From Actinomycetota bacterium (GTDB lineage Bacteria; Actinomycetota; Thermoleophilia; Gaiellales; F1-60-MAGs149), in assembly GCA_026392355.1 (NCBI GenBank), contig JAPLCF010000041.1:4561-68560 (forward strand): a stretch of 64,000 nucleotides of DNA, read 5' to 3'. The notes below the pieces were generated by a model. That model made no database searches, was not told the DNA's origin, and saw only the letters and a list, made by a program, of their open reading frames with translations. Of this stretch, positions 27,655 to 37,593 are shown one piece after another; positions within the stretch are counted from its first letter, which is position 1; every line of letters begins with the position of its first letter. A program made the translations under genes and the position numbers.

Positions 27655-27983
27655 GCAAGGCAGTCCGATTGGCAGCAAGTGACCTCGACGCGGTCGAGGC
27701 CGTACTCGAAGACGGCGCGATGTCCAAGACGGCCGTCCGCCTCGACTCGGGTGGCGGTCTGTCGTCGGGCGTCTGGGAGTCGGAGGCCTTCACGTGGGAG
27801 ACCGACGGCTATCCCGTCGACGAGACCTGCGTGATCATCGAGGGCGTCGTCGAGTTCCGCTATGCCGACGGCAGCGTCGAGACGTACGGGCCTGGCGAGG
27901 CGTTCTCAATCAAGAAGGGCACGCCGCTCACCTGGCACCAAGACGGCACCGTCAAGAAGTTCTTCGTCATTCGCGAGAGTTGA
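27651..27983 (+). CDS. Cupin_3 (DUF861/EutQ-like) protein
   Basis: SSGVWES, DETCVIIEGVVEF, GPGEAF.IKKG..LTW..KKFFVI. Confidence 0.85.
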   Translation: MSKAVRLAASDLDAVEAVLEDGAMSKTAVRLDSGGGLSSGVWESEAFTWETDGYPVDETCVIIEGVVEFRYADGSVETYGPGEAFSIKKGTPLTWHQDGTVKKFFVIRES

Positions 27984-27986
27984 GTG

Positions 27987-28011
27987 AGCGGCGGGGTCAT
28001 GCCCCGCCGCT
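27987..28011. terminator. Bidirectional terminator hairpin between convergent genes
   Basis: Perfect 10-bp stem AGCGGCGGGG / CCCCGCCGCT. Confidence 0.7.
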
Positions 28012-28014
28012 TAA

Positions 28015-29340
28015 CTACGACTCGACGTAGAGCGAGGGGCGCGGCTGGCCGAGGATGGCGCGTGCGGCGTCGCGACCCGTGCGCACGGCGCCCTCCATGT
28101 AGCCGGCCGACCAGTGGTCGGAGCCGGCTACGTAGAACGGCGGTTCATGCGTGCCCTGGAGCGGGCCGACGGCCGTCAGGTCGCCGGGCTCCCACAACGC
28201 GACGTAACCGAGCGTGTAGGGGTCGGTGCCCCAATGCCGCCACAGCACCGCCTTCGCATCAACCGGTCCGCCGCAGAGGCGTTCGAGCGAGTCGAGCAGG
28301 TTCTGCGTCAACGTTCCGGGCGGAGCGGCGTCGATGTACCCGCGCTTCTCCGGACCGAGCAAGGACGACAGCGCGCTCTCTCCCTGGATCCAGAAGCCGC
28401 CGATCTGGTGCTCTGACACCGCGAGGCCGTTCCAGCCGACTCGACGCCAGACCGGCTCGTCGAATACGGTCACGGCCTTCGAGGCCAGCACCTGGCGTTG
28501 ACGGTGGAGCGACTGGAGTCGCGCGGTGGAGAGGCCAGTGATGCCGACGCGGCGCAACGGCCCGACGGGTAGCGCGCAGACGACCGCATCGGCCTGCAGG
28601 ATCTCACCGCTGATCAGCGTGACCGTGCACGGCGCGCCGACGTGGATCGATGCCACGGGCGCGTTGAAGCGGATACGGCCGGCCAGTTCCGCTTCGAGCG
28701 TATCGACGAGCACGCTTGAACCGCCCTGCACCTTGAGGTTCTCCCACTGGGAGTGATCCGTATTGAGCACGCCACCGACGCCAGCGGCCGCGCGCGCCCA
28801 GGCGAGGACAGAACCGCGCTCGAGCGTGCCATGCGCGGCCGAGAGCGCCCCTGCCTCGAATAGTCGATACGCCATCCACGTTGGATCGAGCGAACGAACC
28901 AGTGCGCCGACCGAGAGACGATCGAGACGCGCCGCGTCGGGGTGCGACCACGGGTCGGAGGGATCGACGGTGGCAGCAATCTTCAGCAGCTCCTCGTCGA
29001 GGCGCGAGAAGCTCGCAAGGTCTGCCTCCGTCAGCCAGTCCTCGCCGAGGTGCGCGCCCTCGAGCATGTCGTAGCCGTACATGCCGGGCTCGTCGGTGTA
29101 GCTGGGCACGATCGTGAGACCGAGCTCGGCAGCGAGCTCGAGGTATCCGTGATGGACCGTGCCGACGATCTCGCCGCCCATCTGTAGCACGCGGCCGTCA
29201 TCAAACTTCATACCCTCGACGCGGCCGCCGACCCGCGACCGCGCTTCGACCACGATCACGTCTGTTCCGGCACGCGCGAGGTCGCGGGCACAGGTCAGGC
29301 CGCCAAGGCCACCACCGACAACGATCACATCCGACTTCAT
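28015..29340 (-). CDS. Flavin monoamine oxidase family protein
   Basis: GGGLGG, EARSRVGGRV, QMGGEIV, AGSDH..AGYMEGAVRTG. ATG 29340 after GGAG. Confidence 0.9.
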   Translation of the reverse strand: MKSDVIVVGGGLGGLTCARDLARAGTDVIVVEARSRVGGRVEGMKFDDGRVLQMGGEIVGTVHHGYLELAAELGLTIVPSYTDEPGMYGYDMLEGAHLGEDWLTEADLASFSRLDEELLKIAATVDPSDPWSHPDAARLDRLSVGALVRSLDPTWMAYRLFEAGALSAAHGTLERGSVLAWARAAAGVGGVLNTDHSQWENLKVQGGSSVLVDTLEAELAGRIRFNAPVASIHVGAPCTVTLISGEILQADAVVCALPVGPLRRVGITGLSTARLQSLHRQRQVLASKAVTVFDEPVWRRVGWNGLAVSEHQIGGFWIQGESALSSLLGPEKRGYIDAAPPGTLTQNLLDSLERLCGGPVDAKAVLWRHWGTDPYTLGYVALWEPGDLTAVGPLQGTHEPPFYVAGSDHWSAGYMEGAVRTGRDAARAILGQPRPSLYVES

Positions 29341-29369
29341 CTCCAGGCCTCCATCAGTGGCTCCGCCAG

Positions 29370-30314
29370 TCAGCGGAAGGGGGTTCGTTCTCCGGGAAGG
29401 GGAAAGGGGTTCGACCACGCCCGCCCGCCGTTGGCTGCGGTCACGCCGATGCGCGCCCACTCCCAGTACTCGGGTGACTCGAAACGGGCCGCGGTGATCA
29501 GACCGTCAGCGGTGCGCTCGACGGCCTCGCCGCGGTAGCTCGAGATGGTCGGGTCGGCATTCACACGGCCACCGTCCCAAGCGCCGGAGTGGAGCGCGAC
29601 GGACGTCGCAGGCGAGCAGTGCACGACAACGCCGCCATCGACGCGCTCGAGGCTGATGAGCTCGGGGCCCGTCGTTGCGTAGAACGCGCCCGAGCGGAGT
29701 GCGTCGAGCACCGCCTCGCGTGTGCGCGACGCGGCCTTCACGATTGTCCAGCCGAGGCCGGCGTCGCTGCCGTGTGCACTCGTCGCCTGATGCGCATCGT
29801 CGGTAGCGATACCCTTGGCGGCGCCACCTAATTGCTTGATGTGGTCCCACTGCACCTCGGAGAGACCATTGCCCTGCTCGACCTCACAGCCGCCGTTGTA
29901 GACCTCAAGGCCCGACAGTGCGGGCGCGGTCAGGTAGTCGTCGGCGGTCAGACTGCTCCAACGCGGGTGTGCGAGGTAGGCGACGCCGCCCTGGGCGACG
30001 ATCCATTCGGCGCAGGCGGCGATCGTCGGGAACGCGGCGCGGGGCTCGGGCAGCTCGTCGATGCCGAGCGCCAGGACCTCGGCCTCGAACGGCGCGCGAA
30101 CGAGGTCGGCGGACAGCTCGCTGCCCGGGATCATCAGCATCGCTTCGGATTCGGCGTGCGTGATGAGCCAGTGGTCGGTGATCACCAGGACGTCGCAGCC
30201 GAGGGCTTCGTAGTACGCGACGAGCTCGGCGGGCGTCGGCTCACCGTCCGATTGGTCCGTGTGGCAGTGCAGTTGGCACCGCAACCACTCGCCGGGTGTC
30301 TCAAAGGGATTCAC
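29370..30314 (-). CDS. PHP-domain metallohydrolase (CehA/McbA-like)
   Basis: LHCHTDQSDG, ITDH, LAHP, EVYN, ATDDAH. Confidence 0.85.
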   Translation of the reverse strand: MNPFETPGEWLRCQLHCHTDQSDGEPTPAELVAYYEALGCDVLVITDHWLITHAESEAMLMIPGSELSADLVRAPFEAEVLALGIDELPEPRAAFPTIAACAEWIVAQGGVAYLAHPRWSSLTADDYLTAPALSGLEVYNGGCEVEQGNGLSEVQWDHIKQLGGAAKGIATDDAHQATSAHGSDAGLGWTIVKAASRTREAVLDALRSGAFYATTGPELISLERVDGGVVVHCSPATSVALHSGAWDGGRVNADPTISSYRGEAVERTADGLITAARFESPEYWEWARIGVTAANGGRAWSNPFPLPGERTPFR

Positions 30315-30413
30315 GCCTGCGATCGTAGCATGCTGATTGAGTAGTCAGCCATCGCGCTCGCCGTACTCACGCGAGTGGCAGCGCGCGCGGCGGCGGCGCT
30401 CTACGCTTCACCC

Positions 30414-30848
30414 ATGGCCGAGGACATCACGCAGATCGCGGGAGCTGATCAGGAAGCGGTCGAACGCTCGTGTGCCGACGTCACCACGGGCGAGGCGCGC
30501 TACCTGATGGCGCTGCTCGACATGCAGCGCGAGGCGGGGGAGAACGGGCCGTCGCAGGCCAGCCTCGCTCGGCACCTGAACGTCTCGGCACCGACCGCGC
30601 TCGAGATGCTGCGCCGCCTACGCGCAATGGGTCTCGTGCAGGACGAGAAGGTGCGGCTCACGCCTGTCGGCACCAGCGCCGCACTCGTACTGAGCACGCG
30701 CCGTCGCGCCGCACTCGCGATCATGCAGGACGTGCTCGGGCTTGAGGGCGAGGATGCCGAGCACGAGGCCGCATGGCTCGCGGCCAGCGCCTCACCGGTG
30801 CTCGGGCGCCACCTGATCTCCTGGCGCGCGCACGGCCCAACGAACTAG
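30414..30848 (+). CDS. DtxR/MntR-fold transcriptional regulator (atypical)
   Basis: EARYL, LARHLNVSAPTALEMLRRL HTH, LTPVG..A, DVLGL....AEHEA dimerisation helix. Confidence 0.75.
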   Translation: MAEDITQIAGADQEAVERSCADVTTGEARYLMALLDMQREAGENGPSQASLARHLNVSAPTALEMLRRLRAMGLVQDEKVRLTPVGTSAALVLSTRRRAALAIMQDVLGLEGEDAEHEAAWLAASASPVLGRHLISWRAHGPTN

Positions 30849-31903
30849 ACCGTCGCCGCAGCCGCCTCGCGCTTAGCCACCTCGGCACGCACGCGTGGTG
30901 CAACCTCTTTGCCCAGTAACTCGATGCTGCGCAGCGTTGCCTCGTGCTGGCTCGGCGCGGCGCTCATCTTCATCAGGAAGCGCGTGTTGCCGAACACTGC
31001 GTGGTAGTCGAGCAACTTCTCGACGACGTCGTCGACCGAGCCGATCAGCAGCGCACCACCTGGCGCGCACTCGGCGTCGTAGTGGTCGCGGCCACGCGGC
31101 TGCCAGCCACGCTCGCGCCCGATGGTGTTCATCATCCCGTTGTAGGTCGGGTAAACGAGGTCCTGCGCCTCCTGCGTTGACTCGCCGACGAAGCCGTGCG
31201 CGTTGATGCCGAGCTGCAGCTCGGCCGGATCGTGGCCGAACTCCTCCCACGCCTTGCGGTAGAGACGCGTCATCGGCTCGAAGTGGCGGAACTCACCGCC
31301 GATGATTGCCAGCGCGAGTGGGAGCTTCAGGCCGGCCGCGCGAACCGCCGACTGCGGCGTGCCACCGATCGCGATCCAGACGGGCAACGGCTGTTGGTAG
31401 GCGCGTGGGTAGACCTCGCGGCCGTCGATCGAGGGGCGGTGGACGCCCTCGTGCGTGACAACGGTGTTCTCGCGGACGTTGAGCAGCACCTCGAGCTTCT
31501 CCGCGAAGATGTCGTCGTACTGTGCGAGGTCCTGGCCGAACAGCGGGAACGACTCGATGAACGAGCCGCGACCAGCCATCACCTCGGCGCGGCCGCGCGA
31601 GAGCTGGTCGATCGTCGCGAACTGCTGGTAGACGCGGATCGGATCCTCTGAGCCCAGCACCGTCACGCCGCTCGACAGGCGGATGCGCTCGGTGCGCGTC
31701 GCTGCGGCGGCGAGGATGGTGGAGGGGGACGAGATAGAAAAGTCGATGCGATGGTGCTCGCCGACGGCGAAGACGTCGAGGCCGGCCGCGTCCGCCACCT
31801 CGATCTCCTCGAGCAGGTTGCGGATGCGCGTGCCCTGGTCGATGCGCTCGCCGGTGGCGGCATCGGGCATGGAGTCGCCGAAGTTGTAGAGACCAATCTG
31901 CAT
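30845..31903 (-). CDS. LLM-class flavin-dependent oxidoreductase (luciferase-like)
   Basis: DVFAVGEHH, RIRLSSGVTVL..EDPIRV, GRAEVMAGRGSFIESFPLFG. Confidence 0.92.
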   Translation of the reverse strand: MQIGLYNFGDSMPDAATGERIDQGTRIRNLLEEIEVADAAGLDVFAVGEHHRIDFSISSPSTILAAAATRTERIRLSSGVTVLGSEDPIRVYQQFATIDQLSRGRAEVMAGRGSFIESFPLFGQDLAQYDDIFAEKLEVLLNVRENTVVTHEGVHRPSIDGREVYPRAYQQPLPVWIAIGGTPQSAVRAAGLKLPLALAIIGGEFRHFEPMTRLYRKAWEEFGHDPAELQLGINAHGFVGESTQEAQDLVYPTYNGMMNTIGRERGWQPRGRDHYDAECAPGGALLIGSVDDVVEKLLDYHAVFGNTRFLMKMSAAPSQHEATLRSIELLGKEVAPRVRAEVAKREAAAATV

Positions 31904-31967
31904 AGCACCAACATCAACGTCCGTCGCAGCGGGATTGTTCCCGGGCGCTGCTGGCGGATAGCATGGT

Positions 31968-32881
31968 GTGGTGATCCCCGACGACGTCCGCGCGCGCGAC
32001 CTGATCGGCTACGGGCCAGAGCCGCCGGCGTTCGCTTGGCCGGACGACGCCACCGTCGTTATCAACCTCGTGGTCGTGTACGAGGAGGGCTCCGAGGCCT
32101 CGGTGCGCTGGGATGACGCGCGCAACGAGGGCTGGGGCGAGTACCCGAGCGAGGGGCCACAGCCGCCGTACCTCGATCATGGCACCGAGGGCCACTACGA
32201 CTTCGGCAGCCGCGCAGGCATCTGGCGTCTCGCGCGCCTGATCGATGAGGCCGGCGTGCCGGCGACCGTGTCTGCGACGGCCACGGCGCTGGAGTTGAAT
32301 CCCGCGGTCGCCGAGTGGATGAATGCGCGTGACCACGACCTGCTCGGCCATGGCTGGCGCTGGCTGCCGCCGTGGAGCATGGATGAGGCGACCGAGCGCG
32401 ATCACCTCGCCCAAGCCATCGCGACGTACGTGCGCGTCTGCGGTCGTCGTCCGCTCGGCTGGAACAGCCCGTACTCGGCGAGCGATGCCACGCGGCGCCT
32501 GCTCGTGGAGGAGAGCGGCTTTCTCTACGACTCCGACCCCTGCGCCGACGACGTGCCGTACTACGTCGAGTCCGGCGGAGCCCCGTTGCTCGTCGTGCCG
32601 TATTCGAAGACGTACAACGACAGCCGCTATCTCGCGAGCCCCGGGTTCGGTAGCCCGCGCGACCACCTCGACCTGCTGGTGATGGGCCTTGACGAGCTCG
32701 TCCGCGAGGGGCGCACAGCGATGATGACCGTCGTCGTGCACGCACGTTGGACGGGGCAGGCAGCGCGGGCCGCTGCCCTGCGAGCCTTTCTCGAGCACGC
32801 CGCGTCTGTCCCTGGCGTCGCGTTCATGCGTCGCGACGACATCGCGCGCTGGTGGCTCGAGCGGTACCCGCCGAGCGCGGG

Positions 32882-32885
<4 letters not shown>
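31968..32885 (+). CDS. Polysaccharide deacetylase family protein (PuuE allantoinase-like)
   Basis: YEEGSE, YDFGSRAGIWRL, LGHGWRW, GFLYDSD..ADDVPY, VPYS..YND, VVHARWTGQ. Confidence 0.85.
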
Positions 32886-34210
<1,325 letters not shown>

Positions 34211-34255
34211 ACCGGCATCGTATGGCTAGCGCGGTACCGCGTATGCTGCCCCGCA

Positions 34256-35692
34256 GTGTTTGTGAATCGTTTCCCATTGCTCGAGCCCGTCTCGCCCGAT
34301 GGACTCGAGGCGCTTGAGCGCGGCTGGATGCGGCTCGTCTCCGAGATCGGCATCCGCTTCGATCACCCCGAGGCGTTGCGCCTCCTTGGCGAAGCAGGGC
34401 AGCGCGTCGAAGGCGACATCGTGCACTTCGACCCCGCCTGGGTGCTCGAGATGGTCGCGAAGGCGCCCAGTGAGTTCACGCTCCACGCGCGTAATCCCGC
34501 GCGGGACATGCGCTTCGGCGGAAACCACATGGTGTTCATGCCGGTGCAGGGCCCGCCGTTTGTGCGGCGCGGCATGGAGCGACGTGACGGCACGCTGCGT
34601 GACTTCGAGGATTTCTGCCGACTGGCGCAGGCGATTGACGAGTACGACTCGCCTGGCAGCCTGCCCGTCGAGCCCAATGACATTCCGCTTGACTCGCGCC
34701 ACCTCGATGAGATTCGCGCGCTGCTGACACTCACCGATAAGCCGTTTGGCGCCAACGCTGTCAGCGTCGATGCGGTGAACGACGCGTTGGCGGCAGCGCG
34801 CATCGTCTTCGGTGATCGCATCGATCGCGAGGCGTGCACGTACACGAACATCAACGTCAACTCGCCGCTGGTCTACGACGAGCGCATGCTCGATGCGCTG
34901 CTGATCTACGCACGCGCCGGACAGCCCGTGCTCGTGGTGCCCTTTCTGCTGATGGGGGCGATGGCGCCCGCGAGCGTCCCAGCGGCCTTGGCCCAGCAGT
35001 TCGCCGAAGCGCTCACGGGCATCGCGCTGATGCAGCTGGTCCGTCCTGGCTGCCCGGCCGTGCTCGGCTCGTTCCTATCGACGACGGACCTGAAGAACGG
35101 CTCGCCGGCATTCGGTGGCCCCGAATCGCACTTCGGTCTGCTCGCGTCGGGCCAGATGGCGCGTCGCTATGGCCTGCCGTGGCGAGCGGGTGGTGGGTCG
35201 CTGACCACCAGCCCCCTGCCCGATGCGCAGGCCGCCTGGGAAGGCATGAACACCATGCAGGCCTCGTTCCTCGCCGGAGCCAACCTGCACATGCACTGCG
35301 GTGGCTGGCTCGAGGGTGGTCTGGTCGCGTCGTTCGAGAAGCTGATCATGGACCTCGACATGCTGCAGACGCTGATCAAAGAGTTCACGCCGATCGACAT
35401 CGACGAGGAGTCGCTTGCGTTCGGTGCCCACGACGAGGTGCGCCACGGCGGGCACTTCCTCGGCGCCGCGCACACGATGGAACGCTTCCGTGATTGCTTC
35501 CACCGGCCGCTGCTCGCGACGACCGACAACTACCAGCGCTGGAGCAAGGACGGCGGGCTCGACGCTGCTGCCCGAGCAACGGGGATCTACCAGCAGCTGC
35601 TTGCCGACTACGAGCAGCCTGCGATGGATGAGGCGATGCGTACGGAGCTCGACGAGCTCGTGACGCGCCGTCGCGCTGAACTCGGCGACTGA
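34256..35692 (+). CDS. Trimethylamine methyltransferase (MttB) superfamily protein, non-pyrrolysine
   Basis: APSEFTLHARNP, NVNSPL..D, GLPWRAGGGSLTTSPLPDAQA, GWLEGGL..SFEK..D. GTG start at 34256 inferred. Confidence 0.9.
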   Translation: MFVNRFPLLEPVSPDGLEALERGWMRLVSEIGIRFDHPEALRLLGEAGQRVEGDIVHFDPAWVLEMVAKAPSEFTLHARNPARDMRFGGNHMVFMPVQGPPFVRRGMERRDGTLRDFEDFCRLAQAIDEYDSPGSLPVEPNDIPLDSRHLDEIRALLTLTDKPFGANAVSVDAVNDALAAARIVFGDRIDREACTYTNINVNSPLVYDERMLDALLIYARAGQPVLVVPFLLMGAMAPASVPAALAQQFAEALTGIALMQLVRPGCPAVLGSFLSTTDLKNGSPAFGGPESHFGLLASGQMARRYGLPWRAGGGSLTTSPLPDAQAAWEGMNTMQASFLAGANLHMHCGGWLEGGLVASFEKLIMDLDMLQTLIKEFTPIDIDEESLAFGAHDEVRHGGHFLGAAHTMERFRDCFHRPLLATTDNYQRWSKDGGLDAAARATGIYQQLLADYEQPAMDEAMRTELDELVTRRRAELGD

Positions 35693-35737
35693 CGCGCAAC
35701 CGTCGCGCCGCCCCGTTTCTGTCATTACTATCAGGGC

Positions 35738-36871
35738 ACGAATTCGCCGCGCCTTGCCCTCACCGCCTGCACCGCCACGCTCGCTGCCATCGCCGCCCTA
35801 ACGGGCACGGCCGGCGCAGCCACGACGCCCCGAGCCACCGCCTGCGGTGGCACCATCGCCGTCGCGACGGTCGCCAAGTCTGGCCTAGATGGCGCGGCGA
35901 ACCAGGCCAATTGGGCGCGCCTTGCGGTGACGTACGAGAACGCGCAGTACGGCACGACCTTCAAGGTTGTGGTCAAGAACGGCTTCAACACCGCTGCCTC
36001 CGCAAAGAGCATTGCCAAGTCGGTTGCCGCCGATGGTTCGATCATCGGCGTGGTGGGCTACCAGACGTCGACGGCCACGGCCGCCGGCGGTCCGGTGCTG
36101 AGCAAGGCTGGACTCGCGTACGTGTCGGGGTCCGCCACGCGCACGTCGCTCGCTGACGGTTCGCTGCCCGGCTTCTATCGCGTTGTCGCCAGCGATGCCC
36201 TACAGGGTCCCGCTATCGGGCGCTACGTGCAGAAGGACCTGAAGGGCAAGAACGTTGTGATCGTCCAGCAGTCGGATACGTACTCCACGGATCTCGCCGC
36301 CAGCGTCGCCAAGAGCCTCACCAATCGTGGGGTCACGAACACCCGGATCTCCGTGGGAACGGGCACCGACAACTACGCCGCCGACGTGGCGAAGATCGGT
36401 GCCGACGTTGACGTCGTCGTGCTCCCGTTCGTCAACGCCCCGCAGGCCGAGGTGTTCGCTGGCGCGCTGACGGCCGCGGGACGCACGCCGAAGCTCGTCG
36501 GTGGCGATGCTCTCTTCGGGCCGTCCTTCAACGTCCCCGGCGCGACTGTCGCAACCTTCCTCGGCGATATGACCAGCAATGCCTTCGGCCGTAAGGTCGC
36601 TGCGACCTACGAGGCGAAGTACGGCAAGCTCAATCAGTCCGGCGCCGCTGCGTACACGGCGGCTCGCGCCGTGATGGCAGCCGGGCGCGCAGCCTGCAAC
36701 ATCTACGGCACGGCAAACCGTGACGGCGTCGCCACTGAGATGCCTTACGTCGAGCTCGCGAAGTCGATCTTCGGAACCCCGATCGCCTTCCAGCGCAATG
36801 GCAACGTCAAGGGTGGCGTGATCCACTTCTGGCGCGTGCTGCCCAACGGGACGTTCGACTTCGTCTGCTGA
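35738..36871 (+). CDS. Branched-chain amino acid (LivJ-like) periplasmic binding protein; apparent ACG start
   Basis: YVSGSAT..SL, FYRVVASDALQG. The frame is open upstream of GTG 35927 and encodes a signal peptide plus a segment homologous to the paralogue at 37590. Confidence 0.8.
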   Translation, partial: TNSPRLALTACTATLAAIAALTGTAGAATTPRATACGGTIAVATVAKSGLDGAANQANWARLAVTYENAQYGTTFKVVVKNGFNTAASAKSIAKSVAADGSIIGVVGYQTSTATAAGGPVLSKAGLAYVSGSATRTSLADGSLPGFYRVVASDALQGPAIGRYVQKDLKGKNVVIVQQSDTYSTDLAASVAKSLTNRGVTNTRISVGTGTDNYAADVAKIGADVDVVVLPFVNAPQAEVFAGALTAAGRTPKLVGGDALFGPSFNVPGATVATFLGDMTSNAFGRKVAATYEAKYGKLNQSGAAAYTAARAVMAAGRAACNIYGTANRDGVATEMPYVELAKSIFGTPIAFQRNGNVKGGVIHFWRVLPNGTFDFVC

Positions 36872-36936
36872 GCGCAGAATCGTTTCGGCTGGGGTAAAGC
36901 CGATACAGTGCTCGTCGTGAGCGTCGAGGAACAGTT

Positions 36937-37593
36937 GTGACCGGGCACGGGCATGGGCACGGCCACGCGGCCGGTCACGGGACGCCGCACGGGCCACGCT
37001 GGTTGTCGCTCTCAATCGCCGTGGTGCTGGGCGTTGCCGCGATCTTTGCCGGCGTCACCGCCTGGCACGCGAACGTCTTGAGCGGCCACGCGGTTGAGTA
37101 CTTCACGCTCTCCACCCAGGCTGTCAACGACGCGAACGCGAGCAGTCAGGATGCCGATCGCGGTATCACCAGCCAACGGCAGCTGTTCATCGACTACCGC
37201 GCGGCGCTCGATAGCGGTGGCGAGTCCCGCGCGGCCGCCATTCGCGGGATGATGAACGCGAGTACGCTCCAGGCCATCGCCTGGTGGGAAGCGCAACCCG
37301 CGGGCGACCGACCGCTGTCGCCGTTCGTATCCGCGAACCCGGCGTGGGATGCGCCAGGGGACGTCGTCAGCGCACAGGCCGCCCTTGACAACGCGAACGA
37401 GTACCTTCACCTCGCCGAGGAGTACCTCGCCCGTTCACATACGCTTGAGCTCTTTGCTGCGCTGCTCACTATCGCCTTTCTGGCCGGCGGTCTGACCGGC
37501 GTCTTCGAGTCGATCCGGGCCAAGATGCTCCTGCTCAGCGTCAGCGTGGTCGTGCTCATCGGATGCCTGACCGGAACGGTGGTGTTCTGGTGA
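36937..37593 (+). CDS. Membrane protein with His-rich N-terminus (DUF4337-like)
   Basis: GHGHGHGHAAGHGTPHG, one N-terminal TM, extracytoplasmic helical region, two C-terminal TMs. Confidence 0.7.
   Translation: MTGHGHGHGHAAGHGTPHGPRWLSLSIAVVLGVAAIFAGVTAWHANVLSGHAVEYFTLSTQAVNDANASSQDADRGITSQRQLFIDYRAALDSGGESRAAAIRGMMNASTLQAIAWWEAQPAGDRPLSPFVSANPAWDAPGDVVSAQAALDNANEYLHLAEEYLARSHTLELFAALLTIAFLAGGLTGVFESIRAKMLLLSVSVVVLIGCLTGTVVFW

Noticed and set aside
35690-35737. Selenocysteine or readthrough fusion of MttB to the downstream binding protein (in-frame TGA)
   Set aside because: The TGA falls at the normal MttB C-terminus. A -10 box and signal peptide follow it, and no SECIS-like hairpin is evident.
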